Shown piece by piece: positions 43,701 to 56,430 of a stretch of 64,000 bases of DNA. Under the pieces are notes generated by a model. That model was not told the origin of the DNA. It searched no databases and saw nothing but the letters and a program-made list of their open reading frames with translations. How positions within the stretch are numbered: position 1 is the stretch's first letter; each line of letters begins with the position of its first letter. Made by a program: the position numbers and the translations under genes. The DNA comes from Eledone cirrhosa. Its lineage: Eukaryota. The DNA is taken from NCBI GenBank assembly GCA_964016885.1, contig OZ024744.1, forward strand, positions 24,242,001-24,306,000, given 5' to 3'.

Positions 43701-46700
43701 AATTTCATTTTAACAACAGTTGAATCTTGAAATAAAACTCGTTTTAACAACAGTTGAATCTTAAGAACTGACTCGTTTTAACAACAGTTGAATCTTAAGA
43801 ACTGACTCGTTTTAACAACAATTCAACCTTAAGAACTGACTCGTTTTAACAACAGTTGAATCTTAAGAACTGACTCGTTTTAACAACAGTTGAATCTTCA
43901 AATAAAACTCGTTTTAACAACAGTTGAATCTTAAGAACTGACTCGTTTTAACAACAGTTGAATCTTCAAATAAAACTCGTTTTAACAACAGTTGAATCTT
44001 AAGAACTGACTCGTTTTAACAACAGTTGAATCTTAAGATAAAACTCGTTTTAACAACAGTTGAATCTTAAGAACTAATTCGTTTTAACAACAGTTCAAAC
44101 TTAAGAACAGACTCGTATTAACAACAGTTGAATCTTATTATAAAACTCATTTTAACAACAGTTCAACCTTAAGAACTGACTCGTTTTAACAACAGTTGAA
44201 TCTTCAAATAAACCTCGTTTTAACAACAGTTGCATCTTAAGAACTGGCTCGTTTAAACAACAGTTGAATCTTAAGATAAAACTCGTTTTAACAACAGTTG
44301 AATCTTAAGAACTGACTCGTTTTAACAACAGTTGAATCTTCAAATAAAACTCGTTTTAACAACAGTTGAATCTTAAGAACTGACTCGTTTTAACAGCAGT
44401 CCAACCTTAAGAACTGACTCGTTTTAACAACAGTTGAATCTTCAAATAAAACTCGTTTTAACAACAGTTGAATCTTAAGAATTGACTCGTTTTAACAACA
44501 GTTGAATCTTAAGACAAAACCCGTTTTAACAACAGTTGAATCTTAAGAACTGACTCGTTTTAACAACAGTTGAATCTTAAGATAAACTCGTTTTAACAAC
44601 AGTTGAATTTTAAGAACTGACTCGTTTTAACAACAGCTGCATCTTAAGATAAAACTCGTATTAACAACAGTTGAATCATAAGAACTGACTCGTTTTAACA
44701 ACAGTTGAATCTTAAGAACTGACTCGTTTTATAAACAGTTCAACCTTAAGAACTGACTCGTTTTAACAACAGTTGAATCTTAAGAACTGACTCGTTTTAA
44801 CAACAGTTGAATCTTAAGAACTGATTCGTTTTAACAACAGTTCAAACTTAAGAACTGACTCGTTTTAACAACAGTTGAATCTTAAGCACTGTCTCGTTTT
44901 AACAACAGTTGAATCTTAAGAACTTACTCGTTTTAACAACAGTTGAATCTTATGATAAAACTCATTTTAACAACAGTTGAATCTTAAGATAAAACTCGTT
45001 TTAACAACAGTTGAATCTTAAGAACTGACTCGTTTTAACAACAGTTGAATCTTAAGATAAAACTCGTTTTAACAGCAGTTGAATCTTAAGAACTGACTCG
45101 TTTTAACAACAGTTGAATCTTAAGAACTGACTCGTTTTATAAACAGTTCAACCTTAAGAACTGACTCGTTTTAACAACAGTTGAATATTAAGAACTGATT
45201 CGTTTTAACAGCAGTTGAATCTTAATATAAAACTCGTTTTAACAACAGTTGAATCTTAAGATAAAACTAGTTTTAACAACAGTTGAATCTTAAGAACTGA
45301 CTCGTTTTAATAACAGTTGAATCTTAAGATAGAACTCGTTTTAACAACAGTTGAATCTTAAGAACTGACTCGTTTTAACAACAGCTGAATTTTAAGATAA
45401 AACTCGTTTTAACAACAGTTGAATCTTAATAACTGACTTGTTTTATCAACAGTTCAACCTTAAGAACTGACTCATTTTAACAACAGTTGAATCTTCAAAT
45501 AAAACTCGTTTTAACAACAGTTGAATGTTAAGAACTGAATCGTTTTAACAACAGCTGAATCTTAAGATAAACTCGTTTTAACAACAGTTGAATCTTAAGA
45601 TAAACCTCGTTTTAACAACAGTTTAATCTTAAGAACTGAATCGTTTTAACAACAGTTGAATCTTAAGATAAAATCCGTTTTAACAATAGTTGAATCTTAA
45701 GAACTGATTCGTTTTAACAACAGTTCAAACTTAAGAACTGACTCGTTTTAACAACAGCTGAATCTTAAGATGAAACTCGTTTTAACAACAGTTGAATCTT
45801 AAGAACTGACTCATTTTAACAACAGTTGAATCTTAAGATAAAATTTCATTTTAACAACAGTTGAATCTTGAAATAAAACTCGTTTTAACAACAGTTGAAT
45901 CTTAAGAACTGACTCGTTTTAACAACAGTTGAATCTTAAGAACTGACTCGTTTTAACAACAATTCAACCTTAAGAACTGACTCGTTTTAACAACAGTTGA
46001 ATCTTAAGAACTGACTCGTTTTAACAACAGTTGAATCTTCAAATAAAACTCGTTTTAACAACAGTTGAATCTTAAGAACTGACTCGTTTTAACAACAGTT
46101 GAGTCTTAAGATAAAACTCGTTTTAACAACAGTTGAATCTTAAGAACTGACTCGTTTTAACAACAGCTGAATCTTAAGATAAAACTCGTGTTAACAACAG
46201 TTGAATCTTAAGAACTGACTCGTTTTAACAACAGTTCAACCTTAAGAACTGACTCGTTTTAACAACTGTTGAATCTTCAAATAAAACTCGTTTTAACAAC
46301 AGTTGAATCTTAAGAATTGACTCGTTTTAACAACAATTAAATCTTAAGAACTGATTCGTTTTAACAAAAGTTGAGTCTTAAGATAAAACTCGTTTTAACA
46401 ACAGTTGAATCTTAAGTACTGACTCGTTTTAACAACAGTTGAATCTTAAGATAAAATTCGTTTTAACAACAGTTGAATCTTAAGAACTGATTCGTTTTAA
46501 CAACAGTTCAAACTTAAGAACAGACTCGTATTAACAACAGTTGAATCTTATTATAAAACTCATTTTAACAACAGTTCAACCTTAAGAACTGACTCGTTTT
46601 AACAACAGTTGAATTTTCAAGTAAACCTCGTTTTAACAACAGTTGCATCTTAAGAACTGGCTCGTTTAAACAACAGTTGAATCTTAAGATAAAACTCGTT

Positions 46701-49700
46701 TTAACAACAGTTGAATCTTAAGAACTGACTCGTTTTAACAACAGTTGAATCTTCAAATAAAACTCGTTTTAACAACAGTTGAATCTTAAGAACTGACTCG
46801 TTTTAACAACAGTTGAATCTTAAGATAAAACTCGTTTTAACAACAGTTGAATCTTAAGAACTAATTCGTTTTAACAACAGTTCAAACTTAAGAACAGACT
46901 CGTATTAACAACAGTTGAATCTTATTATAAAACTCATTTTAACAACAGTTCAACCTTAAGAACTGACTCGTTTTAACAACAGTTGAATCTTCAAATAAAC
47001 CTCGTTTTAACAACAGTTGCATCTTAAGAACTGGCTCGTTTAAACAACAGTTGAATCTTAAGATAAAACTCGTTTTAACAACAGTTGAATCTTAAGAACT
47101 GACTCGTTTTAACAACAGTTGAATCTTCAAATAAAACTCGTTTTAACAACAGTTGAATCTTAAGAACTGACTCGTTTTAACAGCAGTCCAACCTTAAGAA
47201 CTGACTCGTTTTAACAACAGTTGAATCTTCAAATAAAACTCGTTTTAACAACAGTTGAATCTTAAGAATTGACTCGTTTTAACAACAGTTGAATCTTAAG
47301 ACAAAACCCGTTTTAACAACAGTTGAATCTTAAGAACTGACTCGTTTTAACAACAGTTGAATCTTAAGATAAAACTCGTTTTAACAACAGTTGAATCTTA
47401 AGAACTGACTCGTTTTAACAACAGTTGAATCTTAAGATAAACTCGTTTTAACAACAGTTGAATTTTAAGAACTGACTCGTTTTAACAACAGCTGCATCTT
47501 AAGATAAAACTCGTATTAACAACAGTTGAATCATAAGAACTGACTCGTTTTAACAACAGTTGAATCTTAAGAACTGACTCGTTTTATAAACAGTTCAACC
47601 TTAAGAACTGACTCGTTTTAACAACAGTTGAATCTTAAAAACTGACTCGTTTTAACCGCAGCTGAATCTTATAATACAACTCTTTTTAACAACAGTTGAA
47701 TCTTCAGATAAAACTCGTTTTAACAACAGATGATTCTCAAGAACTGACTCGTTTTAACAACAGTTGAATCTTAAGATAAAACTCGTTTTAGCAACAGTTG
47801 AATCTTAAGAACTGACTCGTAATAACAACAATTGAATCTTAAGATAACATTCGTTTTAACAACAGTTGCGTCTTAAGAACTGACTCGTTTTAACGACAGT
47901 TGAATCTTAAGATAAACCTCGTTTTAACAACGGTTGAATCTTAAGAACTGACTCGTTTTATCAACAGTTCAACCTTAAGAACTGACTCATTTTAACAACA
48001 GTTAAATCTTCAAATAAAACCCGTTTTAACAACAGTTGAATGTTAAGAACTGATTCGTTTTAACAACAGCAGAATCTTAAGAACTGACTCGTTTTAACAA
48101 CAGTTGAATCTTAAGATAAAATTCGTTTTAACAACAGTTGAATCTTAAGAACTGATTCGTTTTAACAACAGTTCAAACTTAAGAACTGACTCGTTTTAAC
48201 AACAGTTGAATCTTAAGATAAAACTCGTTTTAACAACAGTTGAATCTTAAGAACTGTCTCGTTTTAACAACAGTTGAATCTTAAGAACTGACTCGTTTTA
48301 ACAACAGTTGAATCTTAAGATAAAACTCGTTTTAACAACAGTTGAATCTTAAGAACTGACTCGTTTTAACAACAGTTGAATCTTAAGATAAAACTCGTTT
48401 TAACAACAGTTGAATCTTAAGAACTGACTCGTTTTTACAACAGTTGAATATTAAGAACTGATTCGTTTTAACAGCAGTTGAATCTTAATATAAAACTCGT
48501 TTTAACAACAGTTGAATCTTAAGATAAACCTCGTTTTAACAACGGTTGAATCTTAAGAACTGACTCGTTTTATCAACAGTTCAACCTTAAGAACTGACTC
48601 ATTTTAACAACAGTTGAATCTTCAAATAAAACTCGTTTTAACAACAGTTGAATGTTAAGAACTGATTCGTTTTAACAACAGCTGAATCTTAAGATAAACT
48701 CGTTTTAACAACAGTTGAATCTTAAGATAAACCTCGTTTTAACAACAGTTTAATCTTAAGAACTGACTCGTTTTAACAACAGTTGAATCTTAAGAACTGA
48801 TTCGTTTTAACAACAGTTCAAACTTAAGAACTGACTCGTTTTAACAACAGTTGAATCTTAAGAACTGTCTCGTTTTAACAACAGTTGAATCTTAAGAACT
48901 TACTCGTTTTAACAACAGTTGAATCTTATGATAAAACTCATTTTAACAACAGTTGAATCTTAAGATAAAACTCGTTTTAACAACAGTTGAATCTTAAGAA
49001 CTGACTCGTTTTAACAACAGTTGAATCTTAAGATAAAACTCGTTTTAACAGCAGTTGAATCTTAAGAACTGACTCGTTTTAACAACAGTTGAATCTTAAG
49101 AACTGACTCGTTTTATAAACAGTTCAACCTTAAGAACTGACTCGTTTTAACAACAGTTGAATATTAAGAACTGATTCGTTTTAACAGCAGTTGAATCTTA
49201 ATATAAAACTCGTTTTAACAACAGTTGAATCTTAAGATAAAACTAGTTTTAACAACAGTTGAATCTTAAGAACTGACTCGTTTTAATAACAGTTGAATCT
49301 TAAGATAGAACTCGTTTTAACAACAGTTGAATCTTAAGAACTGACTCGTTTTAACAACAGCTGAATTTTAAGATAAAACTCGTTTTAACAACAGTTGAAT
49401 CTTAATAACTGACTTGTTTTATCAACAGTTCAACCTTAAGAACTGACTCATTTTAACAACAGTTGAATCTTCAAATAAAACTCGTTTTAACAACAGTTGA
49501 ATGTTAAGAACTGAATCGTTTTAACAACAGCTGAATCTTAAGATAAACTCGTTTTAACAACAGTTGAATCTTAAGATAAACCTCGTTTTAACAACAGTTT
49601 AATCTTAAGAACTGAATCGTTTTAACAACAGTTGAATCTTAAGATAAAATCCGTTTTAACAATAGTTGAATCTTAAGAACTGATTCGTTTTAACAACAGT

Positions 49701-52400
49701 TCAAACTTAAGAACTGACTCGTTTTAACAACAGCTGAATCTTAAGATGAAACTCGTTTTAACAACAGTTGAATCTTAAGAACTGACTCATTTTAACAACA
49801 GTTGAATCTTAAGATAAAATTTCATTTTAACAACAGTTGAATCTTGAAATAAAACTCGTTTTAACAACAGTTGAATCTTAAGAACTGACTCGTTTTAACA
49901 ACAGTTGAATCTTAAGAACTGACTCGTTTTAACAACAATTCAACCTTAAGAACTGACTCGTTTTAACAACAGTTGAATCTTAAGAACTGACTCGTTTTAA
50001 CAACAGTTGAATCTTCAAATAAAACTCGTTTTAACAACAGTTGAATCTTAAGAACTGACTCGTTTTAACAACAGTTGAGTCTTAAGATAAAACTCGTTTT
50101 AACAACAGTTGAATCTTAAGAACTGACTCGTTTTAACAACAGCTGAATCTTAAGATAAAACTCGTGTTAACAACAGTTGAATCTTAAGAACTGACTCGTT
50201 TTAACAACAGTTCAACCTTAAGAACTGACTCGTTTTAACAACTGTTGAATCTTCAAATAAAACTCGTTTTAACAACAGTTGAATCTTAAGAATTGACTCG
50301 TTTTAACAACAATTAAATCTTAAGAACTGATTCGTTTTAACAAAAGTTGAGTCTTAAGATAAAACTCGTTTTAACAACAGTTGAATCTTAAGTACTGACT
50401 CGTTTTAACAACAGTTGAATCTTAAGATAAAATTCGTTTTAACAACAGTTGAATCTTAAGAACTGATTCGTTTTAACAACAGTTCAAACTTAAGAACAGA
50501 CTCGTATTAACAACAGTTGAATCTTATTATAAAACTCATTTTAACAACAGTTCAACCTTAAGAACTGACTCGTTTTAACAACAGTTGAATCTTCAAGTAA
50601 ACCTCGTTTTAACAACAGTTGCATCTTAAGAACTGGCTCGTTTAAACAACAGTTGAATCTTAAGATAAAACTCGTTTTAACAACAGTTGAATCTTAAGAA
50701 CTGACTCGTTTTAACAACAGTTGAATCTTCAAATAAAACTCGTTTTAACAACAGTTGAATCTTAAGAACTGACTCGTTTTAACAACAGTTGAATCTTAAG
50801 ATAAAACTCGTTTTAACAACAGTTGAATCTTAAGAACTAATTCGTTTTAACAACAGTTCAAACTTAAGAACAGACTCGTATTAACAACAGTTGAATCTTA
50901 TTATAAAACTCATTTTAACAACAGTTCAACCTTAAGAACTGACTCGTTTTAACAACAGTTGAATCTTCAAATAAACCTCGTTTTAACAACAGTTGCATCT
51001 TAAGAACTGGCTCGTTTAAACAACAGTTGAATCTTAAGATAAAACTCGTTTTAACAACAGTTGAATCTTAAGAACTGACTCGTTTTAACAACAGTTGAAT
51101 CTTCAAATAAAACTCGTTTTAACAACAGTTGAATCTTAAGAACTGACTCGTTTTAACAGCAGTCCAACCTTAAGAACTGACTCGTTTTAACAACAGTTGA
51201 ATCTTCAAATAAAACTCGTTTTAACAACAGTTGAATCTTAAGAATTGACTCGTTTTAACAACAGTTGAATCTTAAGACAAAACCCGTTTTAACAACAGTT
51301 GAATCTTAAGAACTGACTCGTTTTAACAACAGTTGAATCTTAAGATAAACTCGTTTTAACAACAGTTGAATTTTAAGAACTGACTCGTTTTAACAACAGC
51401 TGCATCTTAAGATAAAACTCGTATTAACAACAGTTGAATCATAAGAACTGACTCGTTTTAACAACAGTTGAATCTTAAGAACTGACTCGTTTTATAAACA
51501 GTTCAACCTTAAGAACTGACTCGTTTTAACAACAGTTGAATCTTAAAAACTGACTCGTTTTAACCGCAGCTGAATCTTATAATACAACTCTTTTTAACAA
51601 CAGTTGATTCTTCAGATAAAACTCGTTTTAACAACAGATGATTCTCAAGAACTGACTCGTTTTAACAACAGTTGAATCTTAAGATAAAACTCGTTTTAGC
51701 AACAGTTGAATCTTAAGAACTGACTCGTAATAACAACAATTGAATCTTAAGATAACATTCGTTTTAACAACAGTTGCGTCTTAAGAACTGACTCGTTTTA
51801 ACGACAGTTGAATCTTAAGATAAACCTCGTTTTAACAACGGTTGAATCTTAAGAACTGACTCGTTTTATCAACAGTTCAACCTTAAGAACTGACTCATTT
51901 TAACAACAGTTAAATCTTCAAATAAAACCCGTTTTAACAACAGTTGAATGTTAAGAACTGATTCGTTTTAACAACAGCTGAATCTTAAGAACTGACTCGT
52001 TTTAACAACAGTTGAATCTTAAGATAAAATTCGTTTTAACAACAGTTGAATCTTAAGAACTGATTCGTTTTAACAACAGTTCAAACTTAAGAACTGACTC
52101 GTTTTAACAACAGTTGAATCTTAAGATAAAACTCGTTTTAACAACAGTTGAATCTTAAGAACTGTCTCGTTTTAACAACAGTTGAATCTTAAGAACTGAC
52201 TCGTTTTAACAACAGTTGAATCTTAAGATAAAACTCGTTTTAACAACAGTTGAATCTTAAGAACTGACTCGTTTTAACAACAGTTGAATCTTAAGATAAA
52301 ACTCGTTTTAACAACAGTTGAATCTTAAGGACTGACTCGTTTTAACAACAGTTGAATATTAAGAACTGATTCGTTTTAACAGCAGTTGAATCTTAATATA
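22700..52400. repeat. HOR domain II: 117-mer (3,976 bp) higher-order repeat with rearranged derivatives
   Basis: Landmark GTCCAACC at 25063, 29039, 32981, 36651, 40423, 44399, 47186, 51162 (spacings 3976, 3942, 3670, 3772, 3976, 2787, 3976). CCGC 25533 to 29509 is also 3976 = 117 x 34 - 2. Confidence 0.87.
28900..43950. repeat. Tandem duplication of about 7.4-7.6 kb within domain II
   Basis: Rare variants at +7,442: CATCTTAAGAACTTAC 30741/38183, TTAGATAAAC 31391/38833, TAGTTTTAAC...TTAATAAC 35821/43263. The upstream part is offset by 7,612 (29039/36651, 29509/37121), a 170 bp = 5 monomer difference near 37800. Confidence 0.85.
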
Positions 52401-55400
52401 AAACTCGTTTTAACAACAGTTGAATCTTAAGATAAAACGTGTTTTAACAACAGTTGAATCTTAAGAACTGACTCGTTTTAATAACAGTTGAATCTTAAGA
52501 TAGAACTCGTTTTAACAATAGTTGAATCTTAAGAACTGACTCGTTTTAACAACAGCTGAATTTTAAGATAAAACTCGTTTTAACAACAGTTGAATCTTAA
52601 GAACTGACTCGTTTTATCAACAGTTCAACCTTAAGAACTGACTCATTTTAACAACAGTTGAAACTTCAAATAAAACTCGTTTTAACAACAGTTGAATGTT
52701 AAGAACTGAATCGTTTTAACAACAGCTGAATCTTAAGATAAACTCGTTTTAACAACAGTTAAATCTTAAGATAAATCTCGTTTTAACAACAGTTTAATCT
52801 TAAGAACTGAATCGTTTTAACAACAGTTGAATCTTAAGATAAAATTCGTTTTAACAATAGTTGAATCTTAAGAACTGATTCGTTTTAACAACAGTTCAAA
52901 CTTAAGAACTGACTCGTTTTAACAACAGCTGAATCTTAAGATGAAACTCGTTTTAACAACAGTTGAATCTTAAGAACTGACTCATTTTAACAACAGTTGA
53001 ATCTTAAGATAAAACATCATTTTAACAAAAGTTGAATCTTAAAATAAAACTCGTTTTAACAACAGTTGAACCTTAAGAACTGACTCGTTTTAACAACAGT
53101 TGAATCTTAAGAACTGACTCGTTTTAACAACAATTCAACCTTAAGAACTGACTCGTTTTAACAACAGTTGAATCTTAAGAACTGACTCGTTTTAACAACA
53201 GTTGAATCTTAAGAACTGACTCGTTTTAACAACAGTTCAACCTTAAGAACTGACTCGTTTTAACAACTGTTGAATCTTAAGAATTGACTCGTTTTAACAA
53301 CAATTAAATCTTAAGACAAAACCCGTTTTAACAACAGTTGAATCTTAAGAACTGACTCGTTTTAACAACAGTTGAATCTAAAGATAAAATTCGTTTTAAC
53401 AACAGTTGAATCTTAAGAACTGATTCGTTTTAACAACAGTTCAAACTTAAGAACAGACTCGTATTAACAACAGTTGGATCTTATTATAAAACTCATTTTA
53501 ACAACAGTTCAACCTTAAGAACTGACTCGTTTTAACAACAGTTGAATCTTCAAATAAACCTCGTTTTAACAACAGTTGCATCTTAAGAACTGGCTCGTTT
53601 AAACAACAGTTGAATCTTAAGATAAAACTCGTTTTAACAACAGTTGAATCTTAAGAACTGACTCGTTTTAACAACAGTTGAATCTTAAGATAAAATTCGT
53701 TTTAACAACAGTTGAATCTTAAGAACTAATTCGTTATAACAACAGTTCAAACTTAAGAACAGACTCGTATTAACAACAGTTGAATCTTATTATAAAACTC
53801 ATTTTAACAACAGTTCAACCTTAAGAACTGACTCGTTTTAACAACAGTTGAATCTTCAAATAAACCTCGTTTTAACAACAGTTGCATCTTAAGAACTGGC
53901 TCATTTAAACAACAGTTGAATCTTAAGATAAAACACGTTTTAACAACAGTTGAATCTTAAGAACTGACTCGTTTTAACAACAGTTGAATCTTCAAATAAA
54001 ACTCGTTTTAACAACAGTTGAATCTTAAGAACTGACTCGTTTTAACAACAGTTCAACCTTACGAACTGACTCGTTTTAACAACAGTTGAATCTTCAAATA
54101 AAACTCGTTTTAACAACAGTTGAATCTTAAGAATTGACTCGTTTTAACAACAGTTGAATCTTAAGACAAAACCCGTTTTAACAACAGTTGAATCTTAAGA
54201 ACTGACTCGTTTTAACAACAGTTGAATCTTAAGATAAAACTCGTTTTAACAACAGTTGAATCTTAAGAACTGACTCGTTTTAACAACAGTTGAATCTTAA
54301 GATAAACTCGTTTTAACAACAGTTGAATCTTAAGAACTGACTCGTTTTAACAACAGCTGAATCTTAAGATAAAACTCGTATTAACAACAGTTGAATCTTA
54401 AGAACTGACTCGTTTTATCAACAGTTCAACCTTAAGAACTGACTCGTTTTAACAACAGTTGAATCTTCAAATAAAACTCGTTTTAACAACAGTTGAATCT
54501 TAAGAACTGACTCGTTTTAACAACAGTTGAATCTTAAGATAAAACTCGTTTTAACAACAGCTGAATCTTAAGATTAAACTCATTTTAACAACAGTTGAAT
54601 CTCAAGACAAAACCCGTTTTAACAACAGTTGAATCTTAAGAACTGACTCGTTTTAACAACAGTTGAATCTTAAGATAAAACTCGTTTTAACAACAGTTGA
54701 ATCTTAAGAACTGACTCGTTTTAACAACAGTTGAATCTTAAGATAAAACTCGTTTTAACAACAGTTGAATCTTAAGAACTGACTCGTTTTAACAACAGTT
54801 GAATCTTAAGAACTGACTCGTTTTATAAACATTTCAACCTTAAGAACTGACTCGTTTTAACAACAACTGAATCTTAAGATTAAACTCGTTTTAACAACAG
54901 TTGAATCTTAAGAACTGTCTCGTTTTAACAACAGTTGAATCTTAAGATAAACCTCGTTTTAACAACAGTTTAATCTTAACAACTGACTCGTTTTAACAAC
55001 AGTTGAATCTTAAGATAAAATTCGTTTTAACAACAGTTGAATCATAAGAACTGATTCGTTTTAACAACAGTTCAAACTTAAGGACTGACTCGTTTTAACA
55101 ACAGTTGAATCTTATGATAAAACTCATTTTAACAACAGTTGAATCTTAAGAACTGATTCGTTTTAACAACAGATGAATCTTAAGATAAACCTCGTTTTAA
55201 CAAAAGTTGAATCTTAAGAACTGGCTCGTTTTAACAACAGTTGAATCTTAAGAACTGTCTCGTTTTAACAACAGTTGAATCTTAAGAACTGACTCGTTTT
55301 AACAACAGTTGAATCTTAAGATAAAACTCGTTTTAACAACAGTTGAATCTTAAGAACTAACTCGTTTTAACAACAGTTGAATCTTAAGATAAAACTCGTT

Positions 55401-56430
55401 TTAACAACAGTTGAATCTTAAGAACTGACTCGTTTTAACAACAGTTGAATCTTAAGAACTGACTCGTTTTATAAACAGTTCAACCTTAAGAACTGACTCG
55501 TTTTACCAACAGATGAATCTTCAAATAAAACTCGTTTTAACAACAGTTGAATATTAAGAACTGACTCGTTTTAACAGCAGTTGAACCTTAATATAAAACT
55601 CATTTTAACAACAGTTGAATCTTAAGAACTGATTCGTTTTAACAACAGATGAATATTAAGATAAACCTCGTTTTAACAACAGTTGCATCTTAAGAACTGG
55701 CTCGTTTAACAACAGTTGAATCTTATGATAAAACCCATTTTAACAACAGTTGAATCTTAAGAACTGACTCGTTTTAACAACAGTTGAATCTTAAGATAAA
55801 ACTCGTTTTAACAACAGTTGAATCTTAAGAACTGACTCGTTTTAACAACAGTTGAATCTTAAAAACTTACTCGTTTTATAAACAGTTCAACCTTAAGAAC
55901 TGACTCGTTTTAACAACAGTTGAATCTTCAAATAAAACTCGTTTTAACAACAGTTGAATCTTAAGAACTGACTCGTTTTAACAACAGTTGAATCTTAAGA
56001 TAAAACTCGTTTTAACAACAGCTGAATCTTAAGATTAAACTCATTTTAACAACAGTTGAATCTCAAGACAAAACCCGTTTTAACAACAGTTGAATCTTAA
56101 GAACTGACTCGTTTTAACAACAGTTGAATCTTAAGAACTGACTCGTTTTAACAACAACTGAATCTTAAGATAAAACTCGTTTTAACAACAGTTGAATCTT
56201 AAGAACTGACTCGTTTTAATAACAGTTGAATCTTAAGATAAAACTCGTTTTAACAACAGTTGAATCTTAAAAACTGACTCGTTTTAACAACAGCTGAATT
56301 TTAAGATAAAACTCGTTTTAACAACAGTTGAATCTTAAGAACTGTCTCGTTTTAACAACAGTTGAATCTTAAGATAAACCTCGTTTTAACAACAGTTGAA
56401 TCTTAACAACTGACTCGTTTTAACAACAGT
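52400..56430. repeat. Diverged island with many singleton monomer variants
   Basis: Variants not noticed elsewhere: AAAACGTG (about 52435), GAAACTTC (52660), TCTAAAGAT (53378), GTTGGATC (53473), TTACGAAC (54059), CATTTCAACC (54830), TTTTACCAAC (55501). Confidence 0.75.
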
